From Macrostomum hystrix (lineage: Eukaryota > Animalia > Platyhelminthes): DNA of 64,000 nucleotides. A program made the translations under genes and the position numbers. The stretch covers positions 34,224,001 to 34,288,000 of the forward strand of contig CATNEN010000038.1 of the NCBI GenBank assembly GCA_950097015.1, in the 5' to 3' direction. Below are positions 11,079 through 22,904 of this stretch, piece by piece. How positions within the stretch are numbered: the stretch's first letter is position 1; each line of letters opens with the position of its first letter. Under the pieces are notes generated by a model that was not told the DNA's origin, made no database searches, and saw nothing but the letters and a program-made list of their open reading frames with translations.

Positions 11079-12362
11079 TTAGTCTATGGTCGTGGGCACC
11101 ATTGTCGAGCTGCAGAATGAGAAAGTCCCACCAGGTTCGTCTGAGCTGCCGCATTCTGAGAAGGCTCGCAATCGTCGAAGCTCGAGGTGTGTGTCACCCT
11201 GGTGCTGGTGGTGGTGGTGCTGCTGCTGCTGCTTAAACTGCCTGTTAGCCTTGCGCTTGCACAACGGGTGCAGATACCGCCGAAAGTTGCTGCTGAACCG
11301 GTGGTTGCTGTGCAGACACACAGACAGGTCGACCGCGAAGAATGCCTGGCTGATTGTGTTGCTGACAACCACCAGCATGGAGAACACGGCCGGCTGCAGC
11401 AGCTTCCAGTACCAGGTGTCCACAAGGGTCCAGATCACCATGGGAATCTGGAATAGCAGGAAACTGTTGGCCGACAGCAGGACAGCGCGAGTTGCCTCGC
11501 GACCGTGGCCAAGAATGTGACTTTTCTGGCTGTGCTGAGCCTGATGGTGATGATTTTGATGATGAAAGCGCTGCGGCAGACGATCACGAAGTCGGTGCTG
11601 ACGCTCCGGATGGCGCAGTTGCCAAATGATGCCCAGACTGCAGATCAGGCAGATTAGCGCAGGCAGTAGGGAGGAGTTTACGGCGACAAAGACGGGCGGT
11701 ATCGCCGGCGGAACAATGCTGTCACTGGCCTTTCCGTCCGCATCGATGCTGTGCAGTCGGTGATAGCCGCTGCCAGCCACCTGGAAGCCCTGGCCTGGGC
11801 AGCTGGCATATAGCACGGAAACGAAAGCCTGGAACAGCAGGATAGGCGGAATGCTGGTGGCAAGGCTGTACAGCCACAACAGGCCGATGAAGCTGCGAAC
11901 TCTGGACTGCGGCATTGCTGACAGGGGCCTGCGGATGCGCAACAGTTTCAGACCAGTCAGGAGCACCGTCTGCCAGCTGTGAGCCGTGAAAGCCACGCTA
12001 CGCAAGGTCCAGGCGATGGGGTGGGCGTAGGCGATGTAACTGAACGGCCCAGGACCACCCGACAGCGGGGCGGAGTTCTCAACACAATGACTGACAGTGT
12101 CCAACAGGTTGAACAGCAAGAATGCCGTGTCACTGATGCAGAAGCTGACGAAATGGTCATTGACCTCGGCGCTGAGCGGATAGCGCAGCAGAGTGGCAAA
12201 GCATGCCGCGTTGAGGGCGGCGCCAATAGGCAGGAAGACAGCCTGCAGCGCTGTCAGGCTGTAAATGGTCAGCCGGACATTTTCCGATGGGCTGTAGGCG
12301 GCCTTACGGAATTCCGGCGTACAGTTGGCCTGCCGCAAGGTGAAGAACATTGTGCCCTCCAT
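11079..12362 (-). CDS. Intronless divergent rhodopsin-class (class A) GPCR, orphan peptide/chemoreceptor-like
   Basis: About 427 aa from the ATG at 12362; seven hydrophobic segments; G..LN in TM1, ISD in TM2, W in TM4, P in TM5, F..FQIP in TM6, F...F helix 8; DRY and NPxxY are degenerate. Confidence 0.8.
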   Translation of the reverse strand: MEGTMFFTLRQANCTPEFRKAAYSPSENVRLTIYSLTALQAVFLPIGAALNAACFATLLRYPLSAEVNDHFVSFCISDTAFLLFNLLDTVSHCVENSAPLSGGPGPFSYIAYAHPIAWTLRSVAFTAHSWQTVLLTGLKLLRIRRPLSAMPQSRVRSFIGLLWLYSLATSIPPILLFQAFVSVLYASCPGQGFQVAGSGYHRLHSIDADGKASDSIVPPAIPPVFVAVNSSLLPALICLICSLGIIWQLRHPERQHRLRDRLPQRFHHQNHHHQAQHSQKSHILGHGREATRAVLLSANSFLLFQIPMVIWTLVDTWYWKLLQPAVFSMLVVVSNTISQAFFAVDLSVCLHSNHRFSSNFRRYLHPLCKRKANRQFKQQQQHHHHQHQGDTHLELRRLRAFSECGSSDEPGGTFSFCSSTMVPTTID

Positions 12363-12405
12363 TGTTGGAATACAGGCGCTGCCCAACGCACTCCAATCTG
12401 TTGCT

Positions 12406-12460
12406 GACTTTGCTAGACTTTGCTAGACTTTGCTAGACTTTGCTAGACTTTGCTAGACTT
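12406..12460. repeat. 10-bp tandem repeat GACTTTGCTA x5
   Basis: Direct repeats in the 5' region of the GPCR. Confidence 0.9.
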
Positions 12461-13019
12461 GTTTCAGCTTTTTTATGAACTCAGCGCACACTGCTATATA
12501 TTCCACTCGGAAAGGCAGTCCAAGCAGTTTAGATATAGGAGCCTAAAATGAATTTTATTATTTTTTCTCTAGGCCAGTGTACGCCTAGACAAGACACCGA
12601 GGCAAAAATGTGCGGTGAACATTATGCGCGATTGAAATGAACGCTGGAAAAAAATTATCGAAACTAAAACGAACTGCCCGAGCCAATCAGAAATTAGAAT
12701 GGGTTTTGAATGTTTTTAAAGGCTTCAACTTTTTCATATTTGTGTGCCTTCAATCTGTGGCTGTTTATTAACAATGAAGGTCATTTGATAACATACATCA
12801 CCAGGTTAACCAATTGTACTCGTAAGTCTGTGTAGATATGTGTAGAAAAACTAAACAAGAAAACTACTTAGTAGCACGCAAATACGTTTGTTGCAATAGC
12901 TGCACAGCTAGTACACATATTTTTTGCATGGGTACGTGAGGTGCACCGCTTTTTATTTTGTCTACTAATATGTTAGTACACTAGCTATACAGTTGGTACA
13001 GTCTCCGTTAGTCACAAAT

Positions 13020-13990
13020 TAGCATTGCGATTAGAGCGTCGGATTCATGACTTAAAGGTCGGGGGTTCGATTCCCGACTCCACTGGAACGATTGGTGTCC
13101 TTTAGCAAGACACTAAACTCTGCATTGCTACAGTTCACCCAGCTGTTAAATGGGTACCAGCACTAGCTGGGGTAATTGAGGGTGGGTGTGGCGCCCCCCC
13201 TTGACTTACTTGACTTAGCGGCAGGGAGCCTCCATGACGGACGCAGCGAGGAGGCGGCCGATGCCGCCCATATCGCTAACCCCTGGCAGCCAGACGGCCT
13301 CCAGCGAGGCGGTGCCGCTCAGGGTGGTCCGTCGGTCGATTCCGCCGCGTGATCTTCCTCGCCATAGGCTGGGAAGAACTCAGCTCGGCCGGTATCCCGG
13401 AGGAAGTGGGCGAGCTGTGAAATGTTTTCGGGCGAGCAGGCTTCGACAAGGGTCGGCGCCGGCCCGAGATGTTTTTGCATAGCCCGGGTGAAGGCCGGGC
13501 AGTGGCAGATGAAGTGCTCGGCGTTTTCTCGTCCGGAGCAGCAGAAAGGACACATTTCCTCAGGCACGTGGCCTTGGAGGTAGCGGTGTCTGGTGAAGCA
13601 GCCATGTCCCGAGAGGGCTGGTGACTGCTCTCAGGTCTCTGCGGTTTAGCCTAAGCAAGGCTTTACGTAGATTACTAGAGGGGGTTGGCACTGCAGACCT
13701 GGACTGGCGACAGTTCAGGGTGCTAGACCACCTCCATCCAGCGGTTGATGCTGGAGTTGACCACAGAGGCGGGGATCGGGGCCTCCGGGCCCGGGACCAT
13801 CAGGGAGCTGGCTGCGCCAGCCTTAGCAAGCTGGTCCGCCATCTCATTCCCTGTGAACCCGGCATGCCCAGGCGTCCCCCCCCAGTCCATGGACTGGAAA
13901 GCTGTACGCACCCTTCAGACGCGCCGCGCAATAGCTGCGGCTGTGCTGTCGGCTGCACATCTGTGGGGCAGGTGTAATCAATTACTTTCA
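13020..13990 (+). mobile_element. SINE family A split by a LINE insertion (halves ~13020-13200 and 13871-13990)
   Basis: B box GGTTCGATTCCC and CORE-like domain; the SINE sequence resumes at CAGTCCATGGACTG after the insert. Confidence 0.85.
13201..13870 (-). mobile_element. 5'-truncated non-LTR retrotransposon 3' end (RNase H + CCHC knuckle; I-group/R1-LOA-like)
   Basis: PGHAGFTGNEMADQLAK (RNase H); LSGHG...CPFC-x8-H-x4-CPAF zinc knuckle; (TAAGTCAAG)-type tail; TSD GGCG(T)CCCCCCC on both sides; contains stops and frameshifts. Confidence 0.88.
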
Positions 13991-14034
13991 CTTATATTAT
14001 ACACTTAGTACATTTTTTGTACAGCTTGAACGCT

Positions 14035-14120
14035 ATGTTCTTCATCGTCAGGCAGTGTACACTCTCACTGTTCCTTGGAGGTTGGCCCCTCAGCAGCTAG
14101 TAGCTGTGTCTGCGCTGAAA
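14035..14120 (-). mobile_element. SINE family B fragment
   Basis: TCATCGTCAGGCAGTGTACACT...GTTGGCCC shared with the copies at 51390-51755 and 57769-58080. Confidence 0.55.
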
Positions 14121-15002
14121 AAAATATACTTTTAATTTACTTTTATAACTTTAGCTGAAGTAAGCAAATCTCCAACTCTTGAGACAAAGACCTGAGACAA
14201 ATCAACCGTGCCGGTAAAGTTTCAATCCCCTATCTTCTAGATCTTGTGAACCTGTGAAACGTATCAGCTGTTTGGGTATCAATTTATTTTAAAAAAAACT
14301 CAGTCAATCTTTTAGATTATTTGTATCAGCTTTCAAGCAGAAATTGACAGTGTCATAAATGCATTAATTAATTACAATGGCATGGCCAGGTGTGTTGAGT
14401 TAGGTTACAAAACAGACCATGAAAGGATCGTAATGTGGTTCTTCTTATCTGCAATGTCGGTATAGAAATGGGGTGGTTTTTTAGAACTAATCTTTCAGGC
14501 CAGCAGTGCACAAGTTACTAGCCTAGTGACAATATTTTAACTTGCTTGACTTGCTAGCACTTCTGTTTGCACTTCGCTTAAATTCTAAACAGGAAACTGA
14601 CAGTGCGCGTGCTTGCTCAGCTAGTTATAAATTGGATTTTTTCAACTCGTTGTCTACTACTAAATTCAATTAAGTAAGTAGTATTAAACGCATTTTCTGG
14701 TTCATTGATTTGCACACAGTTTTCTATAACTATAAGAAAGTGGCTACCCATTTATAGACCTAATTTTGTGACGTGATTAGACCTAATTCTATTCTATTCT
14801 ACAGCCTTAAAATTAAGTTAATAGCCAAGTCAATAAGCTTAAAAAACGACTCATCAATATGATTCTTATATAGCACTAGCCAAATTTGATTGCTGACACA
14901 ATTTAACCTTGATTTTGGCGAACGAAAACAAATTTATACAGTCTAGTTAGACAACGACACATTGAAAATTTATTTTTTATTGCAACATTTATAATTAGGT
15001 CA

Positions 15003-16256
15003 TTACATATGCTTGAACAGTGCGTAGAATGAAAACAAATGTCGGTGAATGTACATTCGAATGAATATGTATCCTAACTCACCGTTCAACTTACGTGTGT
15101 TTGCTTTGCACTTCACTGCATAAAAAGTTTGCTGAATATTGGGAATGTCAGCTGAATACTGGGAATGTCAGCTGAATACTGGGAATGTCAGCTGAATACT
15201 GGAAATGTCAGCTGAATACTGGAAATGTCAGCTGAATACTGGGAATGTCAGCTGAATACTGGGAATGTTAGCTAAATACTGGGAATGTCAGCTGAATACT
15301 GGGAATGTCAGCTGAATACAGGGAATGTCAGCTGAATACTGGGAATGTCAGCTGAATACTGGGAATGTCAGCTGAATACTGGGAATGTCAGCTGAATACT
15401 CGGAATGTCAGCTGAATACTGGGAATGTCAGCTGAATACTGGGAATGTCAGCTGAATACTGGGAATGTCAGCTGAATACTGGAAATGTCAGCTGAATACT
15501 GGGAATGTCAGCTGAATACAGGGAATGTCAGCTGAATACTGGAAATGTCAGCTGAATACTGGGAATGTCAGCTGAATACAGGGAATGTCAGCTGAATACT
15601 GGGAATGTCAGCTGAATACTGAGAATATCAGCTGAATACTGGGAATGTCAGCTGAATACTGGGAATGTCAGCTGAATACTGGGAATGTCAGCTGAATACT
15701 GGGAATGTCAGCTGAATCTTCAGGATAATCTATTGGGGATATCAGCTGAATCTTCAGGATAATCTAGTGGGGATATCAGCTGAATCTTCAGGATAATCTA
15801 GTGGGGATGTCAGCTGAATATTCAGGATTATCTGGTGGCAGTGTCAGCTGAAGCATGAGAATGATCTGCATGAAGTGACTAAGCCTTCGAGAGTTTCATC
15901 ACACTGAGCTCACCAACGCAAGTGTAGTAGAATGCCAAGTAGTTGTGGTATCCGGGACATGGATCGCCAAACGCGGACTTGCTGGCTTTCGTGCTGCAGC
16001 TCAACTGACCGTCGCAGGCGGCAGTCATGACTGACTGAACATTGTCACTGTTGCAATAAGTCGGTGATTGATTCGTGCAGCTGGCGGAGAACACTGAGCT
16101 CTTCCCGAACGTCGCCAAGTTGACGGAGATTATCAGCGGTGCGCATTCCGCTATCATTGTCTGGTTTTCGCAAACGATGCTCAGCGTTGCCATAGCAACG
16201 GGAAGCGCACCAGATAGGCACAGAATGGCCGCCAGAAGCTCAGAGACTGTCGGCAT
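15003..16256 (-). CDS. Secreted SUEL/Gal_Lectin (rhamnose-binding lectin) domain protein 1
   Basis: Exon 16256-15914 encodes a signal peptide plus IVCE...C...A.FGK...C...C...ACDG..SC...AS..FGDPCPG..YL...YTC, ending at donor G|GTGAG. A putative in-phase terminal exon at 15115-15003 is followed by AATAAA (less certain). Confidence 0.82.
15130..15850. repeat. Intronic minisatellite, 20-bp unit GGGAATGTCAGCTGAATACT, ~29 copies plus degenerate units
   Basis: Direct tandem repeats. Confidence 0.95.
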
Positions 16257-16829
16257 CTTCTTGCAAGTAGAATTCGGCCAATTTTCGTTGCAGCTGAAGC
16301 TTTTATATTTTATTGGAAGGCTAAAGAAGAGAGTTAATTTGTATAACAGCAATAGGGTGAGACTTTCCTGGACCAGATTTCTCCCCAGCTCCCATTTCTG
16401 TCCCTCCTCTACACCCGCGTCTCCTTCATCCCTACATGTAGTCTGCCGCCAAAAATAAGCAACCTTTCGTGTAATTTATTTTTTTTATAGATAGATTTTT
16501 GTCTTTCGGTTATAAGTCAGCCCTAAGATTAATTTTCGCACGTTTTGTCAAAATCCAGGTTCCAGATTATCTACATAATATAATTTAGTCTCCAAGCAAA
16601 GCCTTCCAAAATAAAAAAATTATGACACGATAAAATATATTCGTGAGATTCACCGATTTCTAAATAGTCTCTTCACTTTGATCCGAAACTTCACTTGAGA
16701 CATTTTCATAATTTTACTTCAGATTTGTCCGAAATATCGAAACAAATTATTAATTATTAATTACTAATTAATAATCTGTCTAAAATATATGTTCCTGAAA
16801 AACTTCAGGAACTTCAAGAAGCTGAAGCT

Positions 16830-17725
16830 GAAAAAGCTTCAGGAATGAGAATTCTAGAGAATTTAAAGCTTCAGGAATGAGAACTCTAGAGAATTTAAAG
16901 CTTCAGGAATGAGAACTCTAGAGAATATAAAGCTTCAGGAATGAGAACTCTAGAGAATATAAAGCTTCAGGAATGAGAACTCTAGAGAACATAAAGCTTC
17001 AGGAATGAGAACTCTAGAGAACATAAAGCTTCAGGAATGAGAACTCTAGAGAACATAAAGCTTCAGGAATGAGAACTCTAGAGAATATAAAGCTTCAGGA
17101 ATGAGAACTCTAGAGAATATAAAGCTTCAGGAATGAGAACTCTAGAGAACATAAAGCTTCAGGAATGAGAACTCTAGAGAACATAAAGCTTCAGGAATGA
17201 GAACTCTAGAGAATATAAAGCTTCAGGAATGAGAACTCTAGAAAATAGAAAGCTTCAGGAATGAGAACTCTAGAGAACATAAAGCTTCAGGAATGATAAT
17301 TCTAGTTAAAATGAAGCTTCAGGTATGAAACTTCTTGGGATAATGAAGCTTCAGGAATGAGAATTCTAGGAAAAAATGATGCTTCAGGAATGAGAATTCT
17401 AGGAAAAATGAAGCTTCAGGAATGATAATTCTAGGAAAATGAAGCTTCAAGAATGAGAATTCTAGGAAAAATGAATCTTTAGGAATGAGAATTCTAGGAA
17501 AAATGAATCTTCAGGAATGATAATTCTAGGAAAATGAAGCTTCAAGAATGAGAATTCTAGGAAAAATGAATCTTCAGGAATGAGAATTCTAGGAAAAATG
17601 AAGCTTTAGGAATGAGAATTCTAGGAAAAATGAATCTTCAGGAATGAGAATTCTTGGAAAATGAAGCTTCAGGAATGATAATTCTAGGTAAAATTAATCT
17701 TCATGAATGAGAATTTTAGGAAAGT
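16830..17725. repeat. Minisatellite, ~32-bp unit (AAAGCTTCAGGAATGAGAACTCTAGAGAATAT and variants), ~28 copies
   Basis: Homogeneous left block; variant right block contains GAAnnTTCnnGAA and TTCTAGGAA motifs. Confidence 0.93.
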
Positions 17726-18299
17726 GTATTTAAAGTCGCGTTTAAATAGGGAGTCTTCTAAATGAAAGTTTTAGCTAACCTTGTTTTTAAGAATTCCCTG
17801 CGTGGGAGCTAATAAAATCTTCTAATATTAAAAAAAACACACCTTTCAGCCACTGCTAAACTAAATTTACATCCATATTTAGTCAATCCATGTAGGGTAT
17901 AAATCGATCATCTGTGGAAAATTCCATTGAAAAGTTGCCTTTTCTATACTAAGCATTTACAGCTTAGCGAAATTATAAATCAATTTTATGCGATCCAGTT
18001 TTGTATTAACTAATTTTATTTAACGCTAAAAACAACGACAGCCTAATTTCTGCCTTACTGACAAGTTCATTGGCGACTGTGGTTAAATAAACCCTTTATG
18101 GTCATTGTGTGGCCCTAACGTATGTGACTAATTAGCCGCTTAGTTAACTCAGCTCTCTCAGAGCTCTGCCACAATTTTTCTGGGAATTCCACATTGCATG
18201 GCTTTTAGTTAGACACTGTTGGCCTCAACTACGATGATCGATGATGATTCTCATTCCAATTCTCACTAAATATCATTCTAACTAAATCAAATTCTCTAT

Positions 18300-18582
18300 A
18301 AATCTCATTCCCATTCTCACTTGATCTCATTCTCACCCAATCTCCAATCTCATTCTCACCCAATCTCATTCTCACCCAATCTCATTCTCACCCAATCTCA
18401 TTCTCACCCAATCTCATAATCATCCAATCTCATTCTCACCCAATCTCATTCTCACCCAATCTCATTCTCACCCAATCTCATTCTCACCCAATCTCATTCT
18501 CACCCAATCTCATAATCATTCAATCTCATTCTCACCCAATCTCATTCTCACCCAATCTCATAATCATTCAATCTCATTCTCA
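18300..18582. repeat. Minisatellite, 17-bp unit CCAATCTCATTCTCACC-type
   Basis: Direct tandem repeats. Confidence 0.9.
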
Positions 18583-18690
18583 ACTTTTTTCTTGTCAAAT
18601 CTTAATCCCCTAAATTATGCGAATAATTTGAATGCGAATATCGTTTAAGTTTACAAGCAGTAAAACAAGATCGAAATTCTTAGAATTAAA

Positions 18691-21600
18691 CTATGGCTTG
18701 TTTCTAGGAAAGGCTTTGCCGTGCAACCTGTACGGCAGCGGGCCGGGCAGCCATGCTCGGCTCAGCATGCGGAGGCTTCGGGCGTCGAACACGGCCGCGT
18801 AGCTGCGCATCCGAAGGCCGTCTAGAATCAGCGTCACCAGGTAGCCACCGTCCTCTTTGACAGCCCCGTTGGCGGCGACAAACTGCGGCTCGCACGGATA
18901 ATGATGCTGACGAAACCAGACGGCGTCGGTTGAGTCGATTACAGCCGGATGGCCGCAAAGACTCCGCCTGGCCAAGCTGATGTTGGCGAGATTGACGCCG
19001 TCACTTTTCATTACTATGCCGTAGGCAAAGCAAGCGGCCTGCGGGCGGACGGGGAATGTCAGATGATGGACTGTCAGATGATGCACTGTCAGATGATGGA
19101 CTGTCAGATGATGGACTGTCAGATGATGCACTGTCAGATGATGGACTGTCAGATGATGGACTGACAGATGATGGACTGTCAGATGATGGACTGTCAGATG
19201 ATGCACTGTCAGATGATGGACTGTCAGATGATGGACTGTCAGATGATGCACTGTCAGATGATGGACTGTCAGATGATGGACTGTCAGATGATGGAATGTC
19301 AGATGATGAACTGTCAGATGATGGACTGTCAGATGATGGACTGTCAGATGATGGACTGTCGAAGAAGTTTCTCAAACTATGAATGTGAAATTTCGGCTAG
19401 CATGGTTTTACGAACTATAATTAGACACCAGTCTGGGTAAACAGTTTTGCCAGATAGCAAGCTAGAGTACAAAGGAAATTATCTAGAGCATATTTCTGTT
19501 GCGCAATGTTCTGATGATTGCCGACTATTGATTGTCAGGAAATTGTTTTGAAGTGCTCAGCATTGTTTGCCAAAATATTTTCAGCTTTTTTTGCTAGCCT
19601 GTACTTCATTCAGCAGCCAATGCCAATATAGAATATTGTACTACAGCTAGCTTGGTGTACTTTTAGCAACTGCAGATTAGTCAGGATTTAGTATGACTTG
19701 GAGTAGTTGATTGTTAAATAAAATTTGCGCATGCTATTGTTGGGCATGTTTCATAGTTTGCTATTCTCGAAAATGAAGAGCGCCAGACAGCCAAGAGATT
19801 GGCTCACCTGGTGGCGCCTGGCTTCGTTAATCACCGGCATCTCCAGGTGAACAAGGTGAGGCAATGACGCGGGCGGTGGTACCACTTCCGAGGTCACGAT
19901 TCCACTGACCAGGTCGATAGTATAGCGGCGCAGTTCGCTTGTTATTGGCACCTTGTCTCTGAGCAATAATTCGTGAATTTGTGCCCATATGATCAGTTTT
20001 TGTTTACTGGATGTTTTGGTGTGTGCATGATGCTGCGGCGTGAGGTGGGTGCTGCGGCGTGAGGTGGGTGCTGCGGCGTAGGGTGGTGCTGCGACGTGTG
20101 GTGGGAGCTGTAGTTTCGTATGCATGTTGCTCTGCCGGGTTGTTTTGTGCCGTGGGGTGGGCGCTGCAGCGAGGGGTGGGTAGTGCGATTTGGGACGCAT
20201 GTTGCGCTGTAGGGTGTGTTGCTGTGTGGGTTAGATGCTTTGATTTGTGTTTTGCACCTTGGAGTTTGCTGCGGCGTGAGGTGGGTGCAGCGTGGGGTGG
20301 GTGCTGCAGCGTGGGGTGGGTGCTGCAGCGTGGGGTGGGTGCTGCAGCGTGGGGTGGGTGGTACGGAATGGCCTGGCTTTTTTACATTTGTTTATTAAAA
20401 GAAACGTCTAAAAGAACCCACTCCCTCCAAACCTCAGTCTGTCATCGTTGAGAACGTCTAGTTCCAGGCCGGCGAAGAAGCCGATGTCCGGGTAGGCGGT
20501 GGCGTGGAACACAATCCGTTTCTCATCATCGTAGGCGTTCAGATGATGCATCAGGTAGCGACCGTCGTGTACAGAGAGCCGTTTGACGGAGCCGGACTTC
20601 AGCGCCACCAGGTAGACATCGGCGGGTCTGTCCGGCTGCCAGCGCAGCGATTTAAACGGCTGGGCCGTAAGCAGCATCCGGCGGGTGTCGATGTAGAGTG
20701 GAGCCGCGAAAATAATTGCGTAATTCTGCGTGAGGCTAAAGCTGTGCATGTAGGGCAGCCTGGCTGCTGGCACCGACCAGCTGGCCACCACCTCAGCGTG
20801 GCCGGCCTCTTTATAGCGCAGAAGGCGAATTTTACCATCGAGAAACGGAGCCACGGCGATTGTGGTGACGAAATTGATGAGGCAGCCGGTATTGCCAGCC
20901 TCCGGCAGCGGGTGCGCGCTGGAGATCTGTGAAAGCATGCTCAGCTGGCGACCGTTCACTCGGAGCTCGATGCGGTCCTCTGGGAGATTGTTTAAACATT
21001 TTGAAACATTTTATGATCATTGTGGGACAACATATTGAAATATAAATATCTGCAGGAGACCTGCAGCCAGCAAGGAGGCAATTCTGCCCATTTCGCTGAC
21101 TCCTGAGCACACACGCACACATATACTGTACGCCGGTACACACTCTAATCGTCACACTCTCACTGTGCCTTGGAAGTTGGCCCTCAAGGGCGTAAATTGC
21201 ACGATAAGCCTTCAAGCCTTCTCTCCGCGGCTGCGCCCTAAATAAATTTGGCCTTAAATTGCTGTGAGAGGCGAGCTCGGTGGACCGCTCTGCTAACCTA
21301 TCCTCCTTCTTGTACGAGTAGGATAAGCTTCTAAACGTATTTTAGAATCGAGATTACAATTAATATGATCTAGAATGAAAATTAAAAACAGTTGCCTCAC
21401 TGGTCACCAATCCATTGATATCGAAAGTGTAGCTCCTGGCGTAGTCGTTGGTTGCAATGTAGCTGGCCTTGGAGTGTTGGCCATCTCCACCCAGCCTAGC
21501 CACATTCACATTCATATTGTCCAGTCCATTGATCAGCGCTCTATACTTCTCTTGCCGAGTGTACTCAGGCCGGACGGACTCAAACATGAGGTAGGGCGCG

Positions 21601-22582
21601 ATATCGCCCGAGGCCAGGGACTCGTTGAGCTGACGGCTCCTGAGCAGCTGCGATGTAAAGCGGCCCTCCCGACGGGCGTTCGGCGCCGACGAAGCTTCGT
21701 CGTTGAAGTCCAGCTTGACTAGGCGTGCGAAGCCGTCGAATGCGTGCTGTACGCTCCGGTTGCCGACTGAGAACACGCCTAGCCCGTTCCACACCACCTG
21801 CTCATTGTGGAGAGGGGGTGTGCACTTTGAAAATCGTCCATTTTGTTAATAACATTTGAAGGTCATATTGTTTTCAGTCCTGTGAAAGACTGCCAAATCA
21901 ACTTTAAAAAATTGCTTTCAGAAAGTCATTTTAAAAATGGTCATTTGCGATGGTCATCGGAAGTCACTATTTTGCCATCAAAGTTGACGCGCGGGTTGTA
22001 GCCAAGTGCTTAAAGCGTCGGACGCTAGACTCGAGGGTCGGGGGTTCGATTCCCGACTCCACTGGAAAAATGTGTGCCCTTAAGCAAAACACTTAACTTT
22101 GCATTTTTTCAGTTCACCCAGCTGGTAAATAGGTAGCAGCATTTAGATGGGGCAATTGAGGGTGGGTGTGGCGTCCCCCCAGTCCATGGACTGAACAGCC
22201 TTCAGATGCGCCGCGCAATAGCTGCGGCTGCACATCTGGCCCAGATGGGGAAGGTGCTTGAAATTCTTATTAATTAATTAATTATTAGTATCATTCAAAC
22301 CGGTCATTGGAAATGGTCATTTGAGACGGTTCAATAGTCATTTTAAAACTATCATTCCATGCTAAACTTTACCGACACAGCCGGAAAGTCGGCCGGTAGC
22401 GACGGTCTGAAGACAATCTTCTTGTCGGTGTGGGCACTCCAGTCGGATCTGTAGAGCAGTTGAAAGTTTTCGAATAAAGATTTCGTCCTGGCTGCACCGT
22501 TACAGATGGGTGGCTGAAGGACTAGCATTGTGGCTGCTAGCATACGGAGGAGGCCGCTGCCGATAAGAAGCAATGACGTCAT
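18691..22582 (-). CDS. Carotenoid oxygenase (BCO/RPE65 family), 5 exons, ~550 aa
   Basis: Exons 22582-22373, 21797-21401, 20979-20433, 19958-19808 and 19038-18691 join in phase via GT-AG (1653 nt). Motifs WNGLG.F, H.FDG, DN.NVN, four Fe-binding His (SAHP, YMHSF, MHHLNAY, RLHG), E.P.IN, EPQFV..EDGG. Confidence 0.92.
19057..19360. repeat. Intronic minisatellite, 15-bp unit TGTCAGATGATGGAC, ~20 copies
   Basis: Direct tandem repeats. Confidence 0.95.
20025..20362. repeat. Degenerate G-rich repeat (GCTGCAGCGTGGGGTGGGT-like)
   Basis: Tandem and degenerate copies in the BCO intron. Confidence 0.7.
21040..21300 (-). mobile_element. SINE family B (tRNA-derived head)
   Basis: GCAGCCAGC.AGGAGGCAATTCTGCCC.TTCGCTGACTCCTGAGCACAC body; head AGCAGAGCGGTC on the reverse strand. 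Confidence 0.75.
21990..22290 (+). mobile_element. SINE family A, full length
   Basis: A box TAGCCAAGTG; B box GGTTCGATTCCC; CORE-like domain; (TTAA/TTA)-rich tail. Confidence 0.85.
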
Positions 22583-22647
22583 CAAGACTATTGAAAACTG
22601 ACTAGGCTTCCAAAAATCAGCATATACTGATGTGTGGCTTGCCCGTC

Positions 22648-22655
22648 ATTTATAG
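22648..22655 (-). promoter_or_regulatory. Putative TATA box of the carotenoid oxygenase gene
   Basis: CTATAAAT on the minus strand ~70 bp upstream of the ATG. Confidence 0.45.
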
Positions 22656-22904
22656 CCCATCTGTAAGTTGGGTTATTTGAGGCCAGGTCAATAGCGAATG
22701 ATTAATCCCCTCAGGGCGGGCAGATATCTACCCGGATTTTTTCTCCCTATTCAAAAATCGGAAAATCGACACCGCGACAAAAATAATTCGAGTGCAGTAA
22801 AAGGCCACACCCGGGGGGTGGTTAGTCTAAGCCAACTTGTCAAGATCCGTCACGCGAAGACTGATTTGTTATCATGGGATGGGACAGAAAGATTAGGGGG
22901 GGAG

